A stretch of 64,000 bases of DNA from Magallana gigas (Eukaryota), in NCBI RefSeq assembly GCF_963853765.1, contig NC_088853.1, forward strand, positions 23,498,001 through 23,562,000. Reading direction: 5' to 3'. Both the position numbers and the translations under genes were made by a program. The notes under the pieces were generated by a model. It saw only the letters and a program-made list of their open reading frames with translations, made no database searches and was not told where the DNA came from. Positions 36,506 through 51,600 of this stretch are shown here, one piece after another (the stretch's first letter is position 1; every line of letters begins with the position of its first letter).

Positions 36506-39402
36506 TTAATTATTAAAATGTTGTTAATGAACAAAAATGCCCAAAGCATCATAAAACAGAATTTCAAATTATCTTTAAGTGGATACAATTTTTTAAAGTC
36601 TTAACATTAAATAATTTAAAAAGTTACTGTGTGTCGTACTTGACAATAATCGATCGATCTAATCGTGGGTGAACGCAGATGGCATTTTGGGAAGTTAATG
36701 GCATGTTGAATAAATTCAGAAAGATGAGCATCAATTTACATCGTAAATTACACGGAAACAACATATCTATTATTTGTATTGAATTGCCCATTTCTGTCAT
36801 AGCTACTGTGTGATATTTTCTAGAATTTACTGGGTGTCGACAAATCTTAAAATCTCAGTACACTAAGTGTTTGTTTTAATTGGCAAAAACTGTAGAGTAT
36901 TCCATTCGGTTCTATAATTTGTTAACTATGAAATGTAAAATCGGTTCATATAAATCTCATATCAATTTAAGGACTGTATCTCTGTTTTGATAATGTAGAT
37001 GATTTTTGATGCTACCACATCGCGCAAATCTGAAGGGTGACTCGTAAAGGAAATACATAATTGATAAGTGAAAATCCACGTTCTGTTCCATTCGTCGAAA
37101 ATTTTTTAGCATTTTATAAACCACCTTACTTGAAATTCTGTGAGAATGAGGTACTTTTTTCTTAAATGACCGTAAGACTTCAGGATAGAATTTTTGTTTG
37201 CTGTATTAAAAGTAATTCAACGTATTTAAAAAATCGGATTATCATTTATTTTATATAAGCTTTGCAAATTGAAAGTTTTTGATACAAATCCAAAGGAAAA
37301 AATACATAACAGGAACAGAGGAAACAAGGACCTCAACAAAGGGAAAAGTAGGGTCATGTGCCACTGAGGAGTGAGCATTCTCTGTTGACCGGTCACACCC
37401 GCCGTGCTCTTTGTCGTAATTGGGAAAACGAAACCGGAAAATCCTTAGACAATTTGGAGATTAATTATGGTCTTACAATAAGTACACGTATAAAAATTGT
37501 CAGTCAGCATGCGATCCATTGGAAGATTGTATTTGCTGCATCGACTATAGACCTTACGAAGATGCCTTCTTTCGAGACTGATGCATTGTAAAATTGAATG
37601 TTGCAACCACTTAAAAATTTTATACCCTAAATAGACTACCAACATAATTCTATTAGTAGGTAAAAACAAGTCCACGTACGGGCCCTGGTAAAAGGTGAAC
37701 AAAATGAAGATTCAAACTAAGCATAATTTTTTATCCCACATCATCTGTTGATATTTTAACCTTAAGAATCAACAAGTTTTAGCGCTAAAAAAGTGTACAT
37801 AAATAGCACAAAGCTTTACAACATAGTAGGAGTGAGCCGACATTTATGATTCTATATAGTAAATGAAGGACGGGCATTCATTTCAAAGCCTTTGTTTACT
37901 GTCAGCCTAACCAAGTACAAACATGCAGAAAAGATATAAGACGCATTATATATTTAGAAATCTTCTGTTAAAATAAAATGTTTGTAAAACATTAGGCTGG
38001 TACCTAAAATCAAATAACGTATGGAAATTTGGAGGATTTTCCTATAGTAAGTGGCAGCTGTTACCTGCATGACCCATGTTTGAACGTACATATGAAATAA
38101 ATGATTCCAAACAGTTACGTGGGTTATTTCCAGGTAGTCTTGTCAAATGTGATCACTGCTGAACACTGGTACGTTTTAAATCGATTTCCATCAATTTTGT
38201 ATATTCAGGAATGTTTGTTTCATCCCTATGGTCATATGCAATTTCAAAACTTTATTATTTTTTTTTCAGACGTAAAATAATCCATAAAAAAATATTCAAA
38301 AAACGCACCGATCGATCCACCAACAGAAAAATGCTGATTAAAATGCCTCCTCCCTCTGAGTTAAATAGACACAATTCAAGTAGCTTCCGGATTTAGATTA
38401 TCTATAGGCATTAAAAAATCCTCAATTGTTTAAAACAATATGAGCTGCAATTTCCATGTTTGAATTGTTTTTACAATAATGCTATTTTATACTAATATGA
38501 AAACAAATATCATGGTTATAAAATTTCTGTGACCGGTATTGCTGTAGGAATAGCCGTAAATAATTTTTTATTTGAGCAAAATTGAAATATTATGGTCCGG
38601 TACAAAACTTGATCTGCTATCATATTCCTTAGTAGAGAAATCTTTCTCCTGACAAAAATTGATGATTTTTTCATATCTTATTTATCATAAAAGTTTAAGT
38701 CACATGCAGATTTATCATACTAACAGGTTTTTGCGGCAATATTAAAATGCTTTAAACTGTATTCTCATTTTAGTAAATTATAGCGTGCTTATAAATCAGG
38801 AGTTTCTATCAGTGCTGAAATATTACGGGAAGAAGCAATTGTTACATATTTTCTACATAAAAACGGCACTAAAACGGGCTTATTTTCAATAGCTTAAATG
38901 CACTTGTACTTTGCGTTTTTTAATTATTGTTCAACCTATTTTACGATAAAATACATAGTTTTTGTTCAATGAAATTAAACGAAAAAGGGATATTCATTCA
39001 CTTTTTGAATTCTTATAAAGAGGATTTTTGAGACTGTGCAAATGCAAATAACGTAAATTATCACTCTTAAAACAGAATTTTGTCTAGGCGTATTCAAAAC
39101 TGGGAAAAACTTTTTTAAGTGTAGAGGGGTTAAAAACGAATGGAATATAAATCTTATACATTACCGATATTTTTTATGTCAACATCGAACATGCATATCT
39201 GAAACTAATTGTGTTTATTATCCACATGGTAGTTTTCTGGTTCAGTTCACCCGATCAGATAAAATTTATGACACCCACTGCCTTCTAGATTTCGCTCTCT
39301 CCATCTGACACACGATGAGATATTGAATTTTTAATTTATTGTCGAGAAAGCAAAATTTACATACTTAAAAAAAACCAAAAAAACATTGTAAAGTGCACCT
39401 AA

Positions 39403-39646
39403 TGATACAAAGCCATCCTTTTTTTAAAAGTTGGTCTGACAGAAGTGGGCTCCCAGGTGGTAGTTGACGGACCGACATCGTGTTGATCTCAGACATTCCT
39501 CCACACAATCCAGAATACTATATTTATATTCGTCATTTGATCCGTCTGTCCAGTTTGTGTTCGTACAGTAGCATCATGTCGAAACACCGTTAAATAAGCA
39601 AAATGTAAAAAAAAAAACATATCCTTAAATTATAAAGAGGATGCAA
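39403..39646 (-). pseudogene. Degraded PAN-exon copy, unit 2
   Basis: Near-identical to 19330-19581. Confidence 0.85.
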
Positions 39647-40479
39647 CTTATGTTGAATACTAATTTGAAATCATCGCGGCATTTATCCAATCTATGTTGC
39701 TCTTAATGGCATTTGAAATAGTAAATATATTGCGAAGCTTTAAGGTATAAAAGAATACAATAATTCATTGTTTAAATCAAATTATCTTTTTGTCAAAGTT
39801 ACCATTGTGATATTTGATGTAATTCTTCAAATGGTTTCATAAAATCAATAAATTCAAGTACATTCATTTCCTATTTTCAAAATGTTATCAATCCAGAAAG
39901 GTCAGCGTTGATGTTTTATCATTGAAATACTTTTGAAACGTAATGTGATGTTACATGCGGGTAGGAAGTAAGCGATCTTTGCAGAAAAAAATTACATAAC
40001 CCGCTAATGCAGGTTACGTATTTTTCTGCAATGTCGCCACCTTCATATCCTGCATGAATCACCAAGGAAATCATTTTATTTTTTTTTAATATCAATGGCT
40101 TGAAAACCTATGGAATATTATTGTTTACATGATGTTTTGATCGATAGGTGTATTTACTTTGAGCTAATGGTTTAACTCATCTTAAGCAAATTTGAAAAGC
40201 AGTGTTACCATGAAAGTGTTTAGGCCTATATATTCACTATAGTTATTCCTAGAATTGGAACAGCCAGTCTCGCCGTCACCTTTATATCGATCGTTGATCT
40301 AAAGCAGACGAGATCGTGAGAAGACGCTTAATTATATATTTAGTAAATTAAATAATGTGTACTTTCTGTTAAGTCTAAGCTTTTAATTTGGTACATTTAT
40401 AAAGTAGTATTTCGTTTCCTTACAATTAAACAGACACAGCTTCACATTTTGTAGACAGTGTTTATTTTGGAAATTCGCC

Positions 40480-42133
40480 TTCTATACAATTTGTTTATCG
40501 TAAACGTACAAGTACACTGACGATTTCGGACAATCACCTATACGAGCGTTTCACTAAACCTATCGTAAATGTAGCACTTACGATTTGCGAGTTACGTTCA
40601 ACTCAGTGGAATTCGTCAAACAACGGAGGTATATTTTAAGCATACGTAAACCTTTTCACTTTTGACAGACGACACTGCCAAGCTTTTAGCTAAAACATAA
40701 GTTATTCATTTCGTATACAAACCTTACAGATGCGTCTGCAACGACTTGGATATTTATGGGGTGGTATCCCCTATGACACACATATTTTGCCTCATTCACC
40801 TTGGGTGCAATAATGAGAAGGAGAGTCCTATCAATGGCACCAAGGATATTGGGAAATCCTGCTGTTTGGTACAAATCATGTTTAACATGATTTGCTTCCT
40901 CCTCTGGAACGAAAAAAGCAATTACTTATTGATAATTTTTTTGTACTTATCTTTTTTTAGTTAGTTAATAAATTTATTCATAATTTTTTTTTACCGATTA
41001 ATCGACTAAGCCAACCGAGTAAAATTGATATCCCTACTACAAAGTAATTAAAATGATTTTTGAAAATACCTTTTAGGAATTGGATATTGTCAATTCTCTT
41101 GACAAATTGACTTTGTGACGGCATCAACCGCTCTGGATACACTGACACTAGATATGCGGTGTAAATCACCACAATCGGAGAAGAATGATGCTTTGGCAAG
41201 ATACCTCATGGTCACAAGAACCTTTGAACATTTAATAAAATTTCTCATTGCTTTACGTACCTAAATATGTATCAATAATGTTCTCTTTCAGAATTAAAAG
41301 TAGTGCAGCTAAAAACATGCATGAATGCTTGACTGACATTCAGAAGGCCCATACTCAGTAGATAATCAAATTGCATTTATGTTGATCAAAAATAATAACA
41401 AATATTACATACAAAAAATCACACTGCTGCAGTTTGGTAATAATGAGTTGTAAAAGCCATTCCAATNNNNNNNNNNNNNNNNNNNNNNNNNNNNNNNNNN
41501 NNNNNNNNNNNNNNNNNNNNNNNNNNNNNNNNNNNNNNNNNNNNNNNNNNNNNNNNNNNNNNNNNNNNNNNNNNNNNNNNNNNNNNNNNNNNNNNNNNNN
41601 NNNNNNAGTCTTTGTATTAAAGCAGTTGACACGAAATATTTTTCAGACTGCATGCTGTATTTTTACTTCGTGTTTACATAAACCGTTCATAAAATGTAAT
41701 ATATAACGGCAGATAACTCTAAATATACATTGTTTAAATTTATTCACCTGTGGGTGCAATCTGACAGTGCATGGCTCCTGTGGGTGTCTGGCTCAACGTC
41801 CTCTCTGACGAGATCTTTGTGACGAAAACAAAATTCTCTGGGCAGTCGATAACGCTCTATCACATTGGTGTCGGTCAGAAAGTCTTGGAGGTTAGTCCTG
41901 TTTCTGAAAACTCGTTTTCTTCGTAATTTTCTCTGCATTACGTCGTCTGCTAATATAAACAAGGTTGTCATTTGTATTTGTTTATGTGCACGTAGATCAA
42001 TTTAAGAGTGCCCCTGGCTGCTCGTAGACTTAAGAGTAACTTCAATCGTATCTGGCAACTTGCAACTCTTAGCTACACGCATTTACGTGCTACGTTTATG
42101 ATCTACCAACGGTCTCTTGGTGACGATGGGGCC
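40480..42133 (-). mobile_element. PIF/Harbinger deletion derivative, copy 2
   Basis: Transposase remnant 40723-41971; GGGGCC terminus at 42128-42133. Confidence 0.8.
41467..41606. other. Assembly gap (140 N)
   Basis: N run at the position of the 21391-21507 (CT)n region. Confidence 0.99.
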
Positions 42134-42921
42134 TGTTTAATATTATATTAATATGTTATTAAAATGATTGTGAAATTTTGAAAGTAAACCTTTCTAGAAT
42201 GTCTTAACAATATAATAATTTTAAAAACCAATTTCGTTTCAAAATCAGAAAGATGTGACGCGTGCTTGCTTAAAATATCGTTTTAAAAATTTCAATTACA
42301 CAAATATTTATGAGCAATCTCCTCCAGCTAAAGTGTCTCTCATGCAAGACATACAAATACTATCCATACTAAATCTTATCTCAACTATTCATTGAAAGAT
42401 TGATAGGTTTGGGAAAAAGAGGTAAGTTTACCATGTTTGAAGGTAATAAATAACTTCCGCTTAATGCATTGTCAGGTTAAAGTAACCGGTTATAATGTAC
42501 AAGGATGCATATGGCGTTTACATCAATTTATCACAAATCTATGTACTCGATATTTGGTTTATGTCAGATTTTTTTCTCGTACAAATGTCTAAATGTATTG
42601 ATGTTGCATCTGTTACAACCGCAAAAGAAAATTATGGGTCTTAGTAAAAAGGTGAACAAGTCTCAAAATGCAGTTGCTTGATTTCTATTGCAATATGCTG
42701 AAATAATGACATCATGAATATCTAACAACAATGTTACGATGTCATTAATACATGTTGTTTACTGTAACAGTTTTATGAAGTTTTCATAATGGTTTTAATA
42801 TTCACAACTTTTTCATATTGAAATTTTGTGAAAACCGGTAAAACTGTGACATAACGAGAAAACTTACTCAAAAAGTAAAGTTATATATATTTTTTTTATT
42901 ATAGACCAAATTAAATGAAAC

Positions 42922-43093
42922 NNNNNNNNNNNNNNNNNNNNNNNNNNNNNNNNNNNNNNNNNNNNNNNNNNNNNNNNNNNNNNNNNNNNNNNNNNNNNNN
43001 NNNNNNNNNNNNNNNNNNNNNNNNNNNNNNNNNNNNNNNNNNNNNNNNNNNNNNNNNNNNNNNNNNNNNNNNNNNNNNNNNNNNNNNNNNNNN
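42922..43093. other. Assembly gap (172 N)
   Basis: N run homologous to the 22822-22953 gap and to 62661-62784. Confidence 0.99.
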
Positions 43094-44969
43094 TATTTCT
43101 TTATTATTAATAAAAAAATAGGAATGACATTATCTCCTTTTTTAACGTTATTCAAAAAATACAATGCTTTCTGTGATGATCAATGAGGTCATAAAAATAT
43201 ATTTCCGACGAAAGTAATGTAACAAATGTAGGCTTGATAAGTTCAGGCAATTAGACTTTGATTACTATATCCTGAGGCTGTTTTGTCAGTAGATGTAAAC
43301 TGAATAGTCTTTTTTCCACAAAGGGACTTTAAGGACTTAAAAGAGGTAAGGGTTTATAGTCTTGCTCGAAAAATTAATTGCCTCGCGCGACTTCTACATA
43401 TAACCCCCTGACAAGACTTGTACAATCCATAGAATCGTCAACTCTCTGAGGAACATACATGTACAAGCAGAGCTGCAAAATAACGGCGCTAATACTTTTA
43501 AATTAACAAGGCCAGTTCATATGTTTTGGTGTTATGTTTTGGTGACGTTAGGACCAGTAATACATGTAACTTATATACTGTGGAATCATTAAAATTCGTA
43601 GGGGCGAATCTTCGTGGATAGCTTGAATTATACAAGTTCATGGGGCTGGAATTTCGTGTATTAGTTTATACCTACAAAGAAATTATGACTTTATAACACT
43701 TATCTATTAATTCGTAGATGATTCGATTTGTGGATGATTTCAAGTTGTGGATGGGAGGTACCCACGAATTCCACGAAAATTGAGTCACAACGAAATAAAA
43801 TGATTTCAGAGTATATTTTAAGCATTCTTGTTAATGAGGATCAGGCTATGCATCTAAAGCTACCCCTGCGTTTCATTTATATTATAATAAAAGTAACTAC
43901 GCAGTTCATCTTATGTTCAAGGTGCCGATTTCAACCCCTGGTGGAGAGAGTGCACAATTAGAGTTACGTTATTTGCCAAAGGTTACATTGTTATCATGAT
44001 ATCGATAGACCAGACTCGAACATGTGTCCAGATCAGTCGATGCTATCAAATGCTCCAACACCTCTACTTAATTCCGCACTGTTGTATTAAACCATAAACA
44101 TCGTAAACGCCAAAAAGTTTTTATTATTTAATATTTGATTGTTTTAAAGTTTAGGCATGCAGACAATCACTGTTCGATAATACATGTAAATGACACTAGT
44201 GGTTTAAAAGATAGAACGATCAAGCAATATGGTTAGAAATATAGAGAAAGCTGAGTAGTTACACTATTATTTCATTATTTTACATGTATGATTTCAATGC
44301 GAGATTTTTCAGCACACATTTTACTCAAAAGCAACATGCAGCCAATGTAAATATTGGAACCTTCAAGCTGTTTGTTGGCCTATTGCAGTATGGTATGATG
44401 TTCTTTACAAATCAATAATCGTCAAAAGTTTTAAACTTTCACCTATTTACACCAGCAGAATCGTTCTCTTCATATTTACAAACATGAATATATTAAAATA
44501 TTACAGTAAACAAATTGATTTGTTTTTTTTAATATTGTTTTTTGTTTGTGTTACTACTTGAAGAAACGTTTGTTCTATTAATAACCTTTGTGTTTTGTTT
44601 TGTTTTATTTTTTTTTCAAATAAATATCTTCTAAAAGACCGAAACATCTACTGCAATATCTAGTAATAAACTCTTGCTATTTAAACATTGAATTACTTAA
44701 TGATTTAATGCTCATTTTACATTTTTTTTGGAAATGTTTTTGTCTTGTCTACAAATGTGATCAGTATCTTCACAGTCCTTTTTTTATCCTTAGGGTAAGT
44801 AAATGTATAGGAAGAGCCACTCTAACAGCAAAAAGCGTGAACTTTGATATCTGCTTGTTACGTTGCATACATGCATTGATATTGGTTTTATCTCCCCAGC
44901 TGATTAGCTCTCAGCTCAAAGTCTATATGTTCGTAAGATTTATTTTTATTTGTTTTCCCTTTTTTCAGT

Positions 44970-45415
44970 TAGGTTCATGTATGTAGGGTGTTTCAAGGAC
45001 AGCTAAGATCGAGTTTTTAAATCAGAAAAAATGTTTTCTTTTCCTATGGAAGACTTCAATGCTGGAATGTGTGCTCTGCACTTGGCAATTTTAAATATTT
45101 TGGCATGGAAATGTGTATTTTTATACTTTCTACTTTGGTTTTATAGGCGAATAAGCAAAACAGTCTAGAAATCATGAAACCATTAATGCCTCAAAGTTAT
45201 ATACTCGTTTCCTTTTATCATATTGTCTATAATCTCCCCCCTCTCTCTCTTTTTAAAACAAATGTATTTTTGTGTTTATTTAGTATGGATCTCAATGTTT
45301 TTGCGGACATCCTATTTAAAAAAATGCCTGATAGCGAGTGTAATGACCCCTGCGATGTAAACATTGAAGAAACGTGTGGTGCAGTTTGGGAAACAGAAGT
45401 ATAAAATTACCTTTA
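44970..45415 (+). pseudogene. WSC-domain pseudogene, unit 2
   Basis: Same agc-TAA-gat stop as the unit 1 copy; second exon YGSQCFCG/..KKMPDSECNDPCDVNIEETCGAVWETEV. Confidence 0.75.
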
Positions 45416-48400
45416 ACAAACCAATAGTTTCGAAACGAGGAAGGAACTTAACAGAACTAATATGATGTGTCATATGATTCAACAGTTTTATTTCGTATGC
45501 TTTGTAAAAGATATGTTTAAAATAAAACTTCCACAAAGATATTACTTTTTGTTAATATGACGCTCCTCTGCTTGTTGCCAACATTAGGAGCAATGTAAAA
45601 TAACTGCAATGGTAACACTATTCTATATGGTCACTTCCATAACAAAGCTATACTTGGAAAATAAAATGAATAGTAAACAATATAATAATGAGGTATAGCA
45701 TTCAAGCGAAAGATTCTTTCAGAAAACGTGAGAACCTGAAAATACATTATATCTCCTTCCAATAAAAGCAAAATTGAAATGACAATTTACATCTCAAACT
45801 AGTCATGTTTGTAAGTTCAAATTTTATAGCACTGACTGATACTAATTTACATATTGATTTTAATGACACAAAAGTATTTGAATCAAGGTGATAATGTTTT
45901 CAGCATATTTAATTACATGGGCATGGTCTCGATTTTGGTCAAATTTTATTTTTCTGTTTTTATTATTTGCAATGCTTTAGGAATGCATTTCTAATGATCA
46001 TATGAAATTTGGGTTCCAGTCGTTGAGTTTTAAGCAAGATACAGGGCTTACAATTCTTCGTCATGTAAACAAGGCTCGTGCCCTGTTTTTGTTAACATAG
46101 GTTCAATATACCAGTAAAAATCTGTTTAAAGCTAGTTTGAATATCTTATTATTCATTTAAAGCATAAATAAACAGTTCCTAACGATAAATACATTTATTT
46201 TAGATCTAAAACTGGGATTTTCAATTCAACATTCGAAATGTAAACAACCCTTTGTTTACAAAGCGAATAATTGTAAGCTCTGTAACTCGCTTATAACTCA
46301 TCAAATGCCACTCAAATATTGGTTGCCTATAAAAATGCCTTACTAAAGCATTGTAAACATTAAAATCGAAAAAAATAATTTTTGACCAAAATTGTGACAA
46401 TGCCCCTTTAAAAAGGTGTTTTAGTGCATCATTTATTTTTTTTATTATAAAATGAATATTTTCCTTTTTAGATTGCTAATTTATCTAGCAAATATCTACA
46501 AATAAAACAAACACTTCGTGGGAATCAAAATATTTTTTTTTATTAGGAATAAACTAATTCCAGGTATACAATGAAAAAATGACAATAACAAACTAAGAAA
46601 TCAACAAACCCTAATATTTCAAAGAGGATTTTCACAAAAGAATAAGTATTGCTTGATTTTATGTAAAATAATTTAAAAAGCCGTCAATGATTCACTTCAA
46701 CACGAGAGATTTAATAACCATGTCGTATATCACAACCCTATTTTAAGGACTTGATAACAATTTCAAAAATACATAAAGTTATGGACACGTTTTTCTTTTA
46801 GTACACAAAAACTTAGATAATTTAGATTGCACGTCAATTTACATTCAATTCAAGTCTACATAAACATTCACAGAAACGGGTATAAATTAAAAATGCTGAA
46901 ACTACAACAAATGTTATTCCTAGTTAGGTAATTTTTATTGTATTAAACGTGCAAAAAAACCAATATTTTACCACAAGGCTTTGATTAACATACAGAAGAA
47001 TGTTCTAAAGTCTTAATACTATAAAAAAAAATATTTTATTTAAAGAAAAGTACAAAAGATGATATAATACAACATTTCGTTCATAAAGCTTTACGAAATA
47101 GATAAGAGATGTGCATATTTTTGTACTAAAAATTCGAAACATTACATGAAAAAACTAGATTCCAATACCGTCAACAACACATAAGTTTGAGGAACGATAC
47201 CCTACCTATTAAACAAATAGTGAGAACATAAATCTAATTAATCAAAATAACCATTAGGATTTTATTAATTGCAGTACGTTTAGATACATATAAAACCATG
47301 TTTTTAAGTTATATGCATTTTGTTTTTTTAACCTGCTGTGTAGAAAAACGTAACGTAAACTTCAAATCAAAATGTTGTCATAAAACATTGAAATGTCATT
47401 TACATAGAAATATTATTTGTACTGTAAAACACAATCTCGATTTGATACAGTTTACCATTGTTACGTCAGCAAACTTGCGAGCTATCTAAGGTTATTTTTT
47501 TTCGGTGAGCGTGAATTTAGTAAAGTTACTTATCGTTGCGTGCATGTATATATACATTTAGCAGCAAAATAATGAAGGCGTTGCAACATTGCAATTAGTC
47601 CTAGCCCATAAATCATCCATTCCATTGCCCCATCATCTTCATTTGGGTGGTTTGTAAAATGATCAGTCTGAATTATATGTATATCAGTGTGTCTTTAACA
47701 AGAGCTTGAAATCCTGGTATAATTGTTTGTGCCCTAATTATTTCCTACGATGAAAGATGTATACGAGGTCACATTTGCTTAAAACTTTGATGATCCCAAT
47801 CGTCAGAGTACATTTTATTACCATTACATCAGCCGCAAACAAGACTGCACAGTGACATAGGGTTTTGTATTTGTTTGTTACGCAGCTATGCCACGCATCA
47901 TCAATTTTCGCTATGTGTAAATTCATGGATACACCTATGTGTAATGAGCAAAAAAACAATAAAATAAGGTTGCTTGGGGAGAAAAGTTACCTTAGTAACC
48001 GATACTTAAAATGGACAAAATGAAAAATATAAATACTTTGAAGGCATATGATATGGTTATGCCCACTTATATAAAGTAAAAAAGACATGAAACAATCTTT
48101 TTATAGTGTCGAATTTCATTTCATAGAAGAAAATTATAAAAGAGCTATTACTTTTTTAAATGATATTATTGAAGCAGCTAAAATCATATAAATGAATAGG
48201 TAACTATTAAATTTTTACGTCCCTATCGATTACAATGCAATAAACATTTGTAACACGAAAATTGAAACCTGTTGCTATCCTAACATTTTTTTGAAAATAG
48301 AAATAAATGAAAGTATACAACTGAAATGATTTGTAACTACTTATTAATATCTGCCTTGATTCCTTGTTATAACTCAATATCTTGTAATGCAACACGGATG

Positions 48401-48476
48401 TATCGCCGCTATAACATTTGATGTGGCATTGAAAATCATACACCAACATTTCATTCAATCTATGTAAGTAATTTCT

Positions 48477-48620
48477 TTATATATATGTATAGATGTACAA
48501 CCTTGATTCACCACCACACAACTCATTTTTGTTCCCACGACAGGGCATATTGCAGTCTCCATCCGGCGCAGGAGTAGGTAGATGCAGAATTTCATTTCCG
48601 CATAAGCAAAATTCGCCATT
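48477..48620 (-). CDS. Gene 2 exon 5: WSC domain, C-terminal half and stop
   Basis: NGEFCLCGN...DGDCNMPCRGNKNELCGGESRLYIYTYI*. Confidence 0.85.
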   Translation of the reverse strand, partial: NGEFCLCGNEILHLPTPAPDGDCNMPCRGNKNELCGGESRLYIYTYI

Positions 48621-51600
48621 CTGAAAAACACATCATCATATACTTGCACTTTTGGATATGAATATATTATTTGTCCAACAAAAGCAACCATTTAAAAAAA
48701 GTGTTTGTACAGTATTGTTGTAAAACATATTTTTTATATTATTTAAATACATGTTACAAGCAAATCTTTGTTGTATAAAATGACATAACAAATTATGAAT
48801 GATAATCTTTTCGTTTGTCCACTTTCTAAACTTTTTTAGTTTTACCCAATATTCTTTTTCTGAAGAAGTTGTACTATTTATATCAAACATGCAATATGCA
48901 TACAGAATGATGCTTTAAGTATTCGGACAAAATGGTGGCTCTTTTACATTTGCGACAGAATATGGTAAAATTTCAAGCTCCAGTTTTTATATTCAAAATA
49001 TCTTTCAAACTAAAATTTACTAATTTCTTTGTAAGATGACTTTTCGGTCAAACGACATTTTGTAATCGTCGAGAATTTGCCTGCTACAGGCTTGATACAT
49101 ACACTTTAGTCCAGAAGAGCTGGATTTGACAAATATAATCTTCCTTGGTCTCTATTCTACTAACTCTTATCTGATGATTTCGTCTAATCAGAAAACCAAA
49201 TATTTTCGATGATGCTGATGTCGGGGCTCAGTGCCAGCCAGCTAATTTGTCTTAGGCTGTTGCTATGTTAGGTTCAAAATATGTTAATACCCTAGTGAAA
49301 GGAAAACCACTTCACTATAAGCCTCAATTTATGATGAGAGTGTTGTCGATAATCGTGTTCTACACTGTAAATAATCCTGGGTGGAACGCACACGACGTAC
49401 AAGATCATTGTCGTATTGAAAAACTTCCATTTTGAAAAAATGGTTCGCTAAAACAGTGTGCAAATTGTCATTTAATATCTGTTGATATTGTCAGCATTAA
49501 TGTTACCGTCAACGTCATATATAGGGCCGACACCATGCCATGTGAGACACCCTCAAATCATCACTTTGTAACAGGGCTTAGTCTTTTGTGCCTAAAACAA
49601 ATCAGGCCTTCATCCATAGGCTCTCGCATGAAGATCCTTTTTTACTGTAATTTTCTACAGCGAGCCTCTGCCTTTTCGGACAAACATTTTCGACTGTTTA
49701 CATCACTATTGACTGTATTTTCTTTCTTGAAACTGATATTTTCTTTTCATCTTGAAGTTAATGAAACTGCAAAGTTGGTTTGTCTCCATTTTCATTTAAT
49801 TTTGATTCAATGTCGTGTAAATTGTCTCTTCTGTTAACATTTACTTACCTCTCTGATAGATTATATGTATTGTAAACCGTTGCTTTATCCTGGAGGGTTC
49901 GTCATCTTCAGGAAGTGTTTTTTATTACGCCCCGTTGTTCTAAACTACCAACTGTAGATCTTAGTATATACAAGGTATCTGATACATGACAATGGTTTTA
50001 CCCGCCTCCAAAGATTTCTGAGTGATTTCTTTTACATGATTGCTTATTTCTTTTCCGCTGCGACCAATTTTTTCTTACGATGACTGAGATTTGTTAACAA
50101 ATGCGGACGAAATAAAATTCGTGATATTTAAAACGACATTGATGACATAATACTAAATAACTACTGAAATCTCAAATCCATGTATAACCTATTTTATCTT
50201 AATTGCAATTTAACGCTACTAAGCGCGATGTAAACACGCCGCCATTTCGTCTGAATTCTAGTACATACTGCATCATACATACTGACTTTATTTCCTAAGA
50301 CTATACAAACCTGCAGGCCATAATATTTAAAGTTATTCTGGTGATAGCGTAAACAAAAGTCTTCACACTCATGTTCTCCATTTGGGTAAACTTTATATCG
50401 TCCAAATTCTAAAATATCGTGTCTGTAATCGTTTTCAAAACATCCCAGTATTTCTAAATGGAAAAAAAAGTTCAAATTCAGTTATATACATGTACCTTTA
50501 TATGTATATTTCTATATAGTCCCAAAAAATGTTGCCTTTACGATCCCCTGTCTAAGATGTAATAACTAGCTACCTCTTCATTATGTGTATGTTTGGTTTT
50601 TTTTTAATTTGAATATTTGTTCAGTTTCCTTTGATTTAGTTGGGGGGGGGGGGGTAATGTTTTACCGAAATGTTGTCTCCATATTTTCTTAAAAATACCC
50701 TATCTACTATATAATCCCAAGTTAAAGATGCCTTTGCTTGATTACCGTCCGTATCGTGTATATTTAATTCAAACAACATTATCAATTCAAAGATCGATGA
50801 ATCTTGACCTAAATTTGAATACTTGTAAGTTTTTATTTCTAAAGAAATTTTTATACACACACAATTGTTTATGATAATATATTTCTTCTTTTATAACTTA
50901 TGATTTCCCAGTAAGCTTTCTATATGATTTGGAATTATTTGTTCTATTTAAAAATTTTGTTTTAGGCACTGAAAGAAAGTCAAACGCATGATTGTAAAAT
51001 GGTACACCTTACGACTTACACCTCGAGAAAATAAGGGATACCGTTGAAAAATCTGCCAGGGAATGGTTGATATTAATATGTCCTTTAAAGTAGATCCAGT
51101 GTTCTGTGACGTCACACTATTTTGTAAAACTTTAAATTCTTAAAAAATTGTGCAAGGTAGTTTTATTTATTTTATGTGAATATAATCACATGGATGTAAT
51201 TAGAATTATTGGTAGGTTCAAGATATTTTCGCACTTAATTTTATCCTAAATTTCCAAATTTTTATACATCTTATCTATGCAAAGGGGAAATAACTCTTTT
51301 TCTGACTTTTCTCTCAGATGTATGTCTAAATGCTATAGTTTTACTTATTCCAACGATTAATTTTAAAATATTTTTGTAATTTTAGTTTTCTGATAAAGTT
51401 GACATTAAAATTAAACAAGAAAAACAAATTTCTGCCTACATGATTTTACTTTTAACAAAGCAAAATACAGTTTTCTGATGCTAAAATATGCTTTAGTTTA
51501 TGTTTATCTGGCATCTCAAACAGTATGATGACATGTATATTTTTTCTAACAATTGATGACATTTAAATCTATTAAGTTGAAATCAATTCGGTTTTTCAAC

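Noticed and set aside
49171-49194. CTGATGA...GAAA hammerhead-like motif
   Set aside because: No proper stem II or flanking stems I/III; it lies within Tc1 coding remnant.
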